From: an uncultured Gemmatimonadota bacterium
GTDB lineage: Bacteria; Blakebacterota; Blakebacteria; Blakebacterales; CAYUVJ01
DNA: 64,000 bases
Direction: 5' to 3'
NCBI GenBank assembly: GCA_964519015.1
Contig: CAZFHZ010000001.1
Span: forward strand, 5,476-69,475
Shown here: one piece after another, positions 18,087 to 26,650 of the stretch
How the letters are laid out: every line of letters begins with the position of its first letter
Position numbering within the stretch: the stretch's first letter is position 1
Notes under the pieces: generated by a model
What the model was told of the DNA's origin: nothing
The model's input: the letters and a program-made list of their open reading frames with translations, nothing else
The model's database searches: none
Position numbers and translations under genes: made by a program

Positions 18087-19157
18087 TCATCTAAAGAAGG
18101 TGGTCGGAAGGTCCAGCCGCGCGATCGAGCCCAAGCGCCGTGAAACGAAGAAAGCCCTGTTCCCGACCACCGTGATGTCTCCGGCTTCCAGTGAAACAGA
18201 GCTATTGACATGAGTGCTCTTGACAATGGTCCCGTCTTGGCGAAGTCGGATGGCTCTCCCGCCCATGGTGACAATGAAACCGTCATCGCATCGGCCAAAA
18301 CTCACTGAGACGTCCTTGGGACCTCTCGCGTTCGTGTATTCCTGTCGCAGAGAGTCGAACGGGTAGGCCTCCTGAGAGGTCAGAATATCCTTGAGGATCC
18401 TTTGCGTCGACTTGTCCGCTCCCACGAATGCTCCCGACCAATCTACCCGTACTTCGGACTTGAGTTGCGAATCGGCGTACACCCGGAGCGTGGACCAGAA
18501 GGTGCTCAGGGCCGCAAAGGTGCTATCATCAATTCTTGCCATTCGCGTGAATCCCGCGATCCGCCACTGACCGCGATTCGGGGTCACGGACTGCCCGAAC
18601 GTGCGGACGATCTCCCCCTCGGCGTTGAGTTCCACGATGTGATAGTCTTCGGAATCCGTAGCCAGCATGATTCTGTCCACTCCGATGATGACCATGTCGA
18701 ATACTTGGTTCACCAAATGAACCTGAGTAATGAGATTGCCGTCGAGGTCGTACAGGACGAGCCTCCCCAGCCCATTGTCAGCGAGGGCCAGCACTCTCGA
18801 TCCGACCGCGATGCAGGAATGGTCACCTCCCCTCTTGTCGAACTCGAACTCACCGGGACCTGAACCCCGACCCAGGCGCTGCCATCGAAAGCTCAAATCC
18901 GCGTTCAGACATATGATTCCAGATAACGCGGCATCCAGTAGGTAGATGTTCCCGAGGCTGTCGTGGTCGATGGAAACCGGAAGCCCGAACGATTCGAACT
19001 TTCCAGAAACGCTGTATCCGTCCAGGTTGGTCGAGCCTATCGCTGCCGTATCTACGCTACCTGCCCTTTCACAACCTGTCGCCAGGATCGGAATAGCGAC
19101 CACGAATACGAGGAGCAGGGCGAGCTGGCGCCAGCGGGCCGGGGGGTCGTCGCGCAT
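18087..19157 (-). CDS. NHL-repeat / beta-propeller putative lipoprotein, compositionally atypical (low GC).
   Basis: The signal is MRDDPPARWRQLALLLVFVVAIPILATGC. The NHL-like motif is GRGSGPGEFEF. The gene body is visibly lower in GC than its neighbours. The first 15 codons duplicate the MFS start. Confidence 0.6.
   Translation of the reverse strand: MRDDPPARWRQLALLLVFVVAIPILATGCERAGSVDTAAIGSTNLDGYSVSGKFESFGLPVSIDHDSLGNIYLLDAALSGIICLNADLSFRWQRLGRGSGPGEFEFDKRGGDHSCIAVGSRVLALADNGLGRLVLYDLDGNLITQVHLVNQVFDMVIIGVDRIMLATDSEDYHIVELNAEGEIVRTFGQSVTPNRGQWRIAGFTRMARIDDSTFAALSTFWSTLRVYADSQLKSEVRVDWSGAFVGADKSTQRILKDILTSQEAYPFDSLRQEYTNARGPKDVSVSFGRCDDGFIVTMGGRAIRLRQDGTIVKSTHVNSSVSLEAGDITVVGNRAFFVSRRLGSIARLDLPTTFFR
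19111..19157 (-). repeat. Copy B of the ~45-bp direct repeat (lipoprotein gene 5' end).
   Basis: The sequence gaggagcagggcgagctggcgccagcgggccggggggtcgtcgcgcat is in the same orientation as copy A, 4.3 kb away. Confidence 0.8.
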
Positions 19158-19161
19158 GCGC

Positions 19162-20544
19162 TCAGGTCCCTGGTCTTAATCCTCTGAGGTAGGCCAGGTA
19201 CCCGCTGTTGAGCGCCTTCCACTTCCGGATGATGGCCTTGGCCTGGAGCTTGACGAAAGCGCTCTCCAGGGAAGGGACCCGGAAGCCCGACAGCAGTGAG
19301 GTGGTCACCCCGCGGGCCGTCTCGAAGACGATGTTGAGGGAGTCGTTCATGACCGCGACCAGGGAGTAGAAGTCCTGGAAGGCCTGCAGCGTCCCCTCCT
19401 GGAGTTCGGAGGGGGTGAAGTTGAGAGGACGGTACACGGCGTGCATGCCGTCGTAGAAGCTCCACATCCGGTGGAGGAGCCGGCCCTCCTTTTCCATCCG
19501 CTTGAAGAACCCGGTCCCCGGCAGGGGGGTCAGGATCATGAACTGGACCGAGCTGAGACGGCTCTTCCGGCAGAAGGCGGCGGTCTCGCGGAAGAGGGCG
19601 GCGTCTTCCTCGTCGCTGCCGAAGATGAACATGCCGTGGATGCTGATCTGATGGGCGTGGAAGACCTCGATCGCCGCCCGGACGTCCTCGGGGGACTGCC
19701 GCTTGTTCATCCCCTCCAGGGTGGCGGGATCGATCGATTCGAAGCCGATGTAGACCCGCAGGCAGCCGGAGCGGCGCATCTTGGCGACCAGTTCGCGGTC
19801 GCGGGTGATATCGGCCCGCACCTGGGCCGTCCACTTGAGTCCCATCTTCCGCCGGATCATCTCGTCCAGCAGGGCGTGGGTCCGCTTCGGGTTGGCCGCG
19901 AAGTTGTCGTCGTAGAAGAAGATCTGGCGGGTCGGGGCCCGCTCCAGGTCCTCGAGCACCCGGGCCGGCGAATGGGTCCGGTAGCCGCGTCCGAACATCT
20001 CGGTCACCGCGCAGAAGTTACAGTCGTAGGGGCAGCCTCGTGAGGTGACCACCGGCGTGATGTTGAGCCGCTCCCGGCCCAGCAGGAGACCGAAGTCGGG
20101 GCTGGGGACCACGTCCAGGTCGCGCAGCCGGGGCCCGGCGACCACCCGCTCGCCGCCGTGCCGGAGCAGGTCGACGATCACCTGCTCCCCTTCCCCGACC
20201 ACCACGTGGTCGGCGCACTCGGCCGCCTCCTCGGGCAGGAAGGAGGGATGGATGCCCCCGATGACGATCTTCCGCCCGGGATACAGGTCGCGGAAGGTAC
20301 GGGCGATTTCGTAGCCTCGCTCGGCGGTCGGGGTGAGCAGACTGAGCAGCAGGAAATCGGTGTCGAGCTCGGCCAGGGTGACGTCGCGGTGCAGCAGGTT
20401 CTCATTGATGATCCGCACCTCGAAACCCGCCTGCTGGAGGATCGTGCCCAGGTAGAGCGGACCCATGAGGGGGAGGTGGAGGTAGTCGGCGAAGACGTTG
20501 GCCTTGACGCCGCGCGGTTCGACGATGAGCACTCGTTTCTTCAT
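19162..20544 (-). CDS. B12-binding-domain radical SAM protein.
   Basis: An N-terminal B12-binding-like domain is followed by the radical SAM CxxxCxxC motif in TSRGCPYDCNFCAV. The gene ends 4 nt before the downstream lipoprotein start. Confidence 0.85.
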   Translation of the reverse strand: MKKRVLIVEPRGVKANVFADYLHLPLMGPLYLGTILQQAGFEVRIINENLLHRDVTLAELDTDFLLLSLLTPTAERGYEIARTFRDLYPGRKIVIGGIHPSFLPEEAAECADHVVVGEGEQVIVDLLRHGGERVVAGPRLRDLDVVPSPDFGLLLGRERLNITPVVTSRGCPYDCNFCAVTEMFGRGYRTHSPARVLEDLERAPTRQIFFYDDNFAANPKRTHALLDEMIRRKMGLKWTAQVRADITRDRELVAKMRRSGCLRVYIGFESIDPATLEGMNKRQSPEDVRAAIEVFHAHQISIHGMFIFGSDEEDAALFRETAAFCRKSRLSSVQFMILTPLPGTGFFKRMEKEGRLLHRMWSFYDGMHAVYRPLNFTPSELQEGTLQAFQDFYSLVAVMNDSLNIVFETARGVTTSLLSGFRVPSLESAFVKLQAKAIIRKWKALNSGYLAYLRGLRPGT

Positions 20545-21026
20545 GACGACTCCTTACGGTCGGGCCGCGCGATCAGGAGCAGGCAGCCGCCGAAGAGGAC
20601 CAGGGAGATGGGCCAGAGACGGGGATCCACGGTGGCTACCAACAGGAACACCCCGCAGATCAGAAGCAGGCCGAGGGCGATGGGGAGGAAGATGCGGCGC
20701 CATCTCCCCCCGAGGACCGGGCCGATGAAGGCCAGCCCCAGGAAGCCGATGAAGAGCGGCCAGAGGTCTCCCAGCAGGGTCCAGGAGGTGTAGTTGAGGA
20801 AGAAGAAGAGGAACGCACAGCAGACCAGATAGATCCCCAGGCCCATCAGGAGCGTGTCCCGGCGGGCCTGGTGGAAGTAGAGCAGGAGGAACCCGGCGCC
20901 CAGGATGAGCGGGAAGAGCGGCCAGAGCCGCCAGAAGCCGTGCACGATCCCGTAGCTCTCCAGGATGAGGATCAGGCCGGAGAGGATGGAGAGGACGGCG
21001 ATCACACCTGTGGCCGGTCGGCTCAT
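20541..21026 (-). CDS. Small polytopic membrane protein, function unknown.
   Basis: The 161-aa protein has 4-5 hydrophobic helices. It overlaps the rSAM start by ATGA, so the two are translationally coupled. Confidence 0.5.
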   Translation of the reverse strand: MSRPATGVIAVLSILSGLILILESYGIVHGFWRLWPLFPLILGAGFLLLYFHQARRDTLLMGLGIYLVCCAFLFFFLNYTSWTLLGDLWPLFIGFLGLAFIGPVLGGRWRRIFLPIALGLLLICGVFLLVATVDPRLWPISLVLFGGCLLLIARPDRKESS

Positions 21027-21199
21027 CGCTCTATTCCTCGGGGGGGCTCCTCGGGAACCCTACCCCCGCCCCGGCAGGGTGTCAAATCCACCAACGGGTC
21101 CCGTTGACCCCCCCCCGGGCGTTCGCTACCTTGCCGTCCGGCCGCGCGGGCCTGTCCCGCCGAGCCCGCATCCACGCACCAGCAAGGAGCCGCGCCCCG

Positions 21200-22393
21200 A
21201 TGGCCCAACGCACCATCGTCGCGATGCCGGGAGACGGCATCGGCAAGATCGTCCTGGCCGAGGCCATCCGTGTCCTGGACGCGGTCGGATTCGACGCCGA
21301 ATACGTCCATGGCGATATCGGCTGGGAGTTCTGGTGCCACGAGGGAGATGCCCTCCCCGAACGCACCATCGAGCTACTCAGGCAGCACAAGATCGGACTC
21401 TTCGGCGCCATCACCTCGAAACCGAAGGACGAGGCGGACGCCGAGCTCGATCCCGCTCTGAAGGGGAAGGGGTATGTCTACTACAGCCCGATCGTGGGAC
21501 TGAGGCAGGTCTTCGACCTGGACGTCTCGGTCCGCCCCTGCATCTCCTTTCCCGGAAACCCGCTCAACTTCGTGCGGCGGAGCCGGGATGGTTCGATCGA
21601 GGAGCCTTTCGTCAACGCGGTCATCTTCCGCCAGAACACCGAAGGGCTCTACAGCGGGGTGGAGTGGACCGACCCGCCGCCGGCCGTACGGGCCGCCCTG
21701 GAAAGCCACCCCAAGTTCAAGCCCTTCCGGGAAGTCCCCGGACCCGACCTGGCCGTCTCCACCCGTATCTTCAGCCGGGGCGCCTGCCGCCGGATTGTCG
21801 AGGCCGCCTTCGCCTATGCCCGCGAGTTCGGCTACCGTTCGGTGACCGTGTGCGAGAAGCCCAACGTGATCCGCGAGACCAGCGGGATGATGGTCAAGGA
21901 GGCCCGCCGGGTCGCCCAGCGCTATCCCGGCATCGCCCTCTGGGAGACCAACATCGACGCCCAGACGATGTGGCTGACCAAGAACCCGGAGGACTACGGA
22001 GTGATCGTGGCCGGCAACATGTTCGGCGACATCATCTCGGACGCCTTCGCCGGCCTGGTCGGCGGGCTTGGCTTCGCCGCCTCCTCGAACGAGGGGCAGG
22101 AAGTGGCGGTGTTCGAACCGACCCACGGCTCGGCCCCCAAGTACGCCGAGCTGGAGCCCAGCATCGTCAACCCGATCGCCATGTTCCTGTCGGCCGCCCT
22201 GATGCTCGACCGGCTCGGGGAGCGGGAGAAGGCCGACCGGGTGCGCCGGGCCATCGCCAGGGTGGTGAAGGAAGGGCGGGTCCGGACCTACGATATGATG
22301 AAGATCGCCGGGGGACCGAAAGCGATCGCACAGGGGGCGGCTTCGACCGAACAGATGACCGAGGCCGTGATCGCGGCCCTGGGCCGCGACTGA
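21200..22393 (+). CDS. Isocitrate/isopropylmalate dehydrogenase family protein (beta-decarboxylating dehydrogenase).
   Basis: The start MAQRTIVAMPGDGIGKIV is preceded by AAGGAG. Family blocks include LRQVFDLDVSVRP and GNMFGDIISDAFAGLVGGLG. Confidence 0.85.
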   Translation: MAQRTIVAMPGDGIGKIVLAEAIRVLDAVGFDAEYVHGDIGWEFWCHEGDALPERTIELLRQHKIGLFGAITSKPKDEADAELDPALKGKGYVYYSPIVGLRQVFDLDVSVRPCISFPGNPLNFVRRSRDGSIEEPFVNAVIFRQNTEGLYSGVEWTDPPPAVRAALESHPKFKPFREVPGPDLAVSTRIFSRGACRRIVEAAFAYAREFGYRSVTVCEKPNVIRETSGMMVKEARRVAQRYPGIALWETNIDAQTMWLTKNPEDYGVIVAGNMFGDIISDAFAGLVGGLGFAASSNEGQEVAVFEPTHGSAPKYAELEPSIVNPIAMFLSAALMLDRLGEREKADRVRRAIARVVKEGRVRTYDMMKIAGGPKAIAQGAASTEQMTEAVIAALGRD

Positions 22394-22424
22394 GCCGACC
22401 CGGCCGACGAAGGAGGAGAACGGG

Positions 22425-23003
22425 ATGATCGATGCCGCGAGGGTGCAGGAGCGCTTCGCCGACCTGCTGGAGATGATCGGGGACGAGCGTCTGCGCGGGC
22501 AGGTCGTGGAGGCGTGGCTGCTCGCCTGTGCCGAAGGGGGCTGGACCGACCTCGAACAGGTCGAGCGGATGCCCTTCTCCCTGCTGACCGACTGCGGCGG
22601 TCTGGGCTTTTTGGAGCACACCGAGGCGGTCACCCGCGGGGCGCTCGGACTGGCCCAGGCCCAGGTGGACGCCTACGAGGAGATGCCCTACCGGATCAAC
22701 TTCGACCGGTTGATCGCCGGGGGCCTGCTCCACGACGTGGGCAAGCTGCTGGAGATCGAACCGGACGGCACTGGGGGCTACCGGATGAGCCGGCACGGAC
22801 GCTCCACCCGCCACCCGATCAGCGGCACGGTGATCGCCGCGAGGGTCGGCCTGCCGGTGGAGGTCCAGAACATCATCGCCTGTCATTCCAAGGAAGGAGA
22901 GGGTCAACCGCGCACGGTCGAGACGATCCTGATCCACCAGGCCGACTTCGCCACCTTCGACCCCTTCACGATGCGGGCCGCGGGCAGGCTGATCGAGGAC
23001 TGA
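22425..23003 (+). CDS. HD-domain (HDIG-type) metal-dependent phosphohydrolase.
   Basis: The HD motif LLHDVGK is present. Downstream His/Asp ligands are IIACHSKEG and HQAD. Confidence 0.7.
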   Translation: MIDAARVQERFADLLEMIGDERLRGQVVEAWLLACAEGGWTDLEQVERMPFSLLTDCGGLGFLEHTEAVTRGALGLAQAQVDAYEEMPYRINFDRLIAGGLLHDVGKLLEIEPDGTGGYRMSRHGRSTRHPISGTVIAARVGLPVEVQNIIACHSKEGEGQPRTVETILIHQADFATFDPFTMRAAGRLIED

Positions 23004-23007
23004 GCGC

Positions 23008-24837
23008 GTGGGCCGGACCCTGATCGAGCAGATCATCGCCGCCCATACCGGCGATGCGGTCGCCCCCGGGGCCACCGTGGAGATGCGGGTGGACCTGCGG
23101 GCGGCCCGCGACTTCGGCGGCGCCAACGTGATCGGGCACCTGGAGGAGCACGGCCTGGGGGTGGCCGACCCCGGACGGACCCTCTTCACCTTCGACTGCA
23201 ATCCGACCGGCTCCGACCAGGGGTACGCGGCCAACCAGCACCGCTGCCGGCTCTTCGCCCGCCGCCACGGCCTGAGGGTCTACGACATCGACCGGGGGAT
23301 CGGCACCCACCTGGTCATCGAGGAGGGGCTGGTCGGCCCGGGGGAGACCTTCGTCTCCACCGACTCCCATGCCAACATCCTGGGGGCGGTCGGCGCCTTC
23401 GGGCAGGGGATGGGGGACCTCGATATCGCCAGTGCCTTCGCCCGCGGTTCGGTCTGGTTCCAGGTCCCCGAGACCGTGCACGTGCACCTGACCGGCGTCC
23501 CTTCGGCCACTGCTACCGCCAAGGACCTGACCCTGGCGCTGGTGCGCCACTTCGGCGCCAAGGGGTTGCTCGGTTGTGCGGTCGAGGTGACCGGGGAGGC
23601 GATCCAGGCACTCGACCTGGCCGGACGCCTCACCCTGGCCTCGATGGCCACCGAGATGGGCGCCATCATCCTCTTCCCCGAGCCCTCGGAGCGGGTGGCG
23701 GCCGAGTACACCCGCCTGACCGGCCGGGATCGGGAGTGGCCGTGGTCCGACCCGGATGCGACCCGGCAGCGGGAGGAGGTCGTGGACATCGACGGGCTGG
23801 AGCCGCTGGTCAGCCGCCCGGGCCGTCCCGAGGACGTGGTGGCGCTGGCCGGGCTGACCGGGACCCCGATCGATTCCGCCTTCCTCGGCTCCTGCACGAA
23901 CGGCCGGCTCGAGGACCTGGCGGCGGCCGCCCGGATCCTGCAGGACCGCCGGGTGGCCGAAGGGGTAGTGCTCAAAGTCGTCCCGGCCACCGACCGGGTC
24001 TGGATCGAGGCGCTGCGGGCCGGACTGCTCGGGATCTTCAAGGAGGCCGGAGCGCTGGTCTCGAACGCCGGCTGCGCAGGCTGCGCGGCCGGACAGGTCG
24101 GACAGACCGGACCCGACGAGACCACCGTCTCGAGCGGCAACCGCAACTTCCCCGGCAAGCAGGGTCTGGGCGAGGTCTTCCTGGCCTCCCCGGAGACGGT
24201 GGCCGCCTCGGCGGTCACCGGGATGCTCACTCCGGCCGATGGGATCGACCGGGCGCCCCCCCGTCCCCGGCGGCTGGTCGTGCTACCGGCAGCCCTCCCC
24301 GATCCGACCCGTCCGGCGGAAGCCCCCGCTCCGCCGCCGGCCGAAGAGCGCCCCACCCTCCTGGAGGGGCGTGTCTGGGTGCTCGACCGCGATTCGGTCG
24401 ACACCGACATGATCTTCCACAACCGGCACCTGGCCCTCACCGACCTCGCGGCCATGGGCCGGCACGCCCTGGGCAACATCCCGGGGTGGGAGGACTTCCC
24501 GGAGCGGGTCCGGCCGGGGGACTTCCTGGTCACCGGAGCCAACTTCGGGGCGGGTTCCAGCCGCCAGCAGGCGGTCGACTGCTTCCGGGCGCTCGGCCTG
24601 AGCGGGGTAATCGCCCCCTCCTTCGGAGCCATCTACGAACGGAACGCGATCAACGCGGGCTTCCCGGTGCTGCACGGTGAGTTGCGGGGGGTGTTGCAGG
24701 AGGGGGAGCGCATCCGGGTGGACCTGGAGACGGGTGCCGGGCAGCGGCTCGAGGAGGGGACCGACTTCCAGGTCGCACCCCTGTCCCCGGTGCCGTTGCG
24801 TATCTACCGGCGCGGCGGCCTGCTGGCCGGGCACTGA
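23008..24837 (+). CDS. Aconitase-family hydro-lyase, LeuC-like large domain fused to LeuD-like small domain through a Pro/Ala-rich linker.
   Basis: The GTG start is at 23008. LeuC-type Fe-S ligands are GSCTNGR and NAGCAGCAAGQ. The linker APPRPRRLVVLPAALPDPTRPAEAPAPPPA leads into a LeuD-like swivel domain (GANFGAGSSRQQAVDCFRALG). Confidence 0.85.
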   Translation: MGRTLIEQIIAAHTGDAVAPGATVEMRVDLRAARDFGGANVIGHLEEHGLGVADPGRTLFTFDCNPTGSDQGYAANQHRCRLFARRHGLRVYDIDRGIGTHLVIEEGLVGPGETFVSTDSHANILGAVGAFGQGMGDLDIASAFARGSVWFQVPETVHVHLTGVPSATATAKDLTLALVRHFGAKGLLGCAVEVTGEAIQALDLAGRLTLASMATEMGAIILFPEPSERVAAEYTRLTGRDREWPWSDPDATRQREEVVDIDGLEPLVSRPGRPEDVVALAGLTGTPIDSAFLGSCTNGRLEDLAAAARILQDRRVAEGVVLKVVPATDRVWIEALRAGLLGIFKEAGALVSNAGCAGCAAGQVGQTGPDETTVSSGNRNFPGKQGLGEVFLASPETVAASAVTGMLTPADGIDRAPPRPRRLVVLPAALPDPTRPAEAPAPPPAEERPTLLEGRVWVLDRDSVDTDMIFHNRHLALTDLAAMGRHALGNIPGWEDFPERVRPGDFLVTGANFGAGSSRQQAVDCFRALGLSGVIAPSFGAIYERNAINAGFPVLHGELRGVLQEGERIRVDLETGAGQRLEEGTDFQVAPLSPVPLRIYRRGGLLAGH

Positions 24838-24851
24838 GGGAGGAGAGAAGC

Positions 24852-26132
24852 GTGGGCACCTTCGCCCAGAACGTGCTGGCCTACGCCGCCGGGCTCGAGA
24901 GCGTGAGCATCGGGCAGATCGTGACGGTGCATCCCCGCCGCCTTCTCACCCACGACAACACGGCCGCCATCATCGAAAAGATCGCCCCGGAACTGGAACG
25001 GTACGGGGTGGCCGACCCCGACCAGCCGGTCATCGTGCTCGACCACGTGGTCCCGGCGGTGGACACCACCACCGCCGACGGACACCGGCGCATCCGCGCG
25101 TTCGTGGCCCGTCACGCTCTGGTGCACTTCTACGATGTCGGCGAGGGGATCTGCCACCAGATCGTGCTGGAACGGGGGCTGGCGTTGCCCGGCCAGGTGA
25201 TCGTGGGGAGCGATTCCCACACCTGCTCCTACGGTGCGGTGGGGACCTTTGCCACCGGCATCGACCGGACCGAGGCGGCCGCCCTGCTGCTGACCGGGGA
25301 GACCTGGCTGCGGGTGCCCGCCTCGATCCGGGTGGTCATGAGCGGGCGGCTTCCGGCCCTGACCTCCGCCAAGGACCTGGTGCTCAGCCTGATCGGCCGG
25401 CTGGGGGCCGACGGGGCCGCCTACCGGAGTGTCGAGTTCCATGGCGAAGTGTCCGCCCTCAGCCTCGAGGAGCGGATCACGATCGCCAACATGGGGGTGG
25501 AGATGGGGGCCAAGACGGCCGTCTTCCCGGTCGATGAGCAGACCCGGGCCTTCCTGGAGTTGGCCGCCCCCGACTGGGACGGCCAGGGGGCGGTCTGGGC
25601 GGACCCGGATGCGGAATACGAGCAGGAGATCCCCCTCGATCTCTCCGCACTGGAACCGGTGGTCGCCCGTCCCGGTGCGGTGGACGCGGTGGTGCCGGTG
25701 GGCGCGGCGGCCGGGGTGCGGGTCCACCAGGTCCTGCTGGGCACCTGCACGAACGGACGGTTGAGCGACCTGCGGGAGGCGGCCGCCCTGCTGGCCGGCC
25801 GGAAGATCCACCCCGGGGTGCGGCTGCTGGTCACCCCGGCCAGCCGCCGGGTCTTCGATGCCGCCCTGGCCGACGGTACCATCGCCGAGTTGAGCCGGGC
25901 AGGGGCGACCATCCTGCCGGCCGGCTGCGGCCCCTGCCTGGGCGCCCATCTGGGTATCCTGGCCCCGGGGGAAGTCTGCCTCTCCACCTCCAACCGCAAC
26001 TTCAAGGGACGGATGGGCACCCCCGACTCCGAGATCTATCTGGGCAGCCCGCTCACGGCCGCCGCCAGCGCCCTGACCGGGGTGATCACCGACCCGCGGG
26101 AGGTGGCGGCCGTCGGAGGAGGAGCCCGATGA
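24852..26132 (+). CDS. Aconitase-family hydro-lyase large subunit (LeuC-like), stand-alone.
   Basis: Family blocks are GSDSHT, LGTCTNGR and LPAGCGPCLG. The GTG start is at 24852. Confidence 0.85.
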   Translation: MGTFAQNVLAYAAGLESVSIGQIVTVHPRRLLTHDNTAAIIEKIAPELERYGVADPDQPVIVLDHVVPAVDTTTADGHRRIRAFVARHALVHFYDVGEGICHQIVLERGLALPGQVIVGSDSHTCSYGAVGTFATGIDRTEAAALLLTGETWLRVPASIRVVMSGRLPALTSAKDLVLSLIGRLGADGAAYRSVEFHGEVSALSLEERITIANMGVEMGAKTAVFPVDEQTRAFLELAAPDWDGQGAVWADPDAEYEQEIPLDLSALEPVVARPGAVDAVVPVGAAAGVRVHQVLLGTCTNGRLSDLREAAALLAGRKIHPGVRLLVTPASRRVFDAALADGTIAELSRAGATILPAGCGPCLGAHLGILAPGEVCLSTSNRNFKGRMGTPDSEIYLGSPLTAAASALTGVITDPREVAAVGGGAR

Positions 26133-26650
26133 GGGTCTGGCGCTACGGTGACGACGTGAACACCGACCAGCTCTTCCCGGGCAAGTACACCTACACCTGC
26201 AGCCGGCCCGAGGAGATCGTCCCCCACCTGCTGGAGGACCTCGATCCCGCCTTCGCCGCCGGGGTGACGCCGGGCGATGTGGTGCTGGCCGGGCGCAACT
26301 TCGGCTGCGGATCCAGCCGGGAGCAACCGGCGGTGGGCCTGCGGACGGCCGGGATCGCCGCGGTGGTGGCCGTCTCGTTCGCCCGCATCTTCTACCGGGC
26401 GGCCATCAACCAGGGACTGCTGCTGGTCGAGTCCCCCGAGGCGGTCGCCGCCTGGCGGGAGGGGGAGGAGATCCAGCTCGACCCGGCGGCCGGCCGGATC
26501 ATGGTGGGCGGGCGCACCTTCCTCATCCCCCCCCTCCCCCCCCTGCTCCTCCAGATCCAGGAGGCCGGGGGGCTGCTTCCCGCCGTACGCCGCCGCCTGG
26601 CCGCCCGAGACGCTGAACCGGGAACCCGGTTTCAGGAGGAGACCCGATGA
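26129..26650 (+). CDS. Aconitase-family hydro-lyase small subunit (LeuD-like).
   Basis: The block AGRNFGCGSSREQP is present. The gene overlaps the upstream LeuC-like gene by ATGA. Confidence 0.8.
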   Translation: MRVWRYGDDVNTDQLFPGKYTYTCSRPEEIVPHLLEDLDPAFAAGVTPGDVVLAGRNFGCGSSREQPAVGLRTAGIAAVVAVSFARIFYRAAINQGLLLVESPEAVAAWREGEEIQLDPAAGRIMVGGRTFLIPPLPPLLLQIQEAGGLLPAVRRRLAARDAEPGTRFQEETR

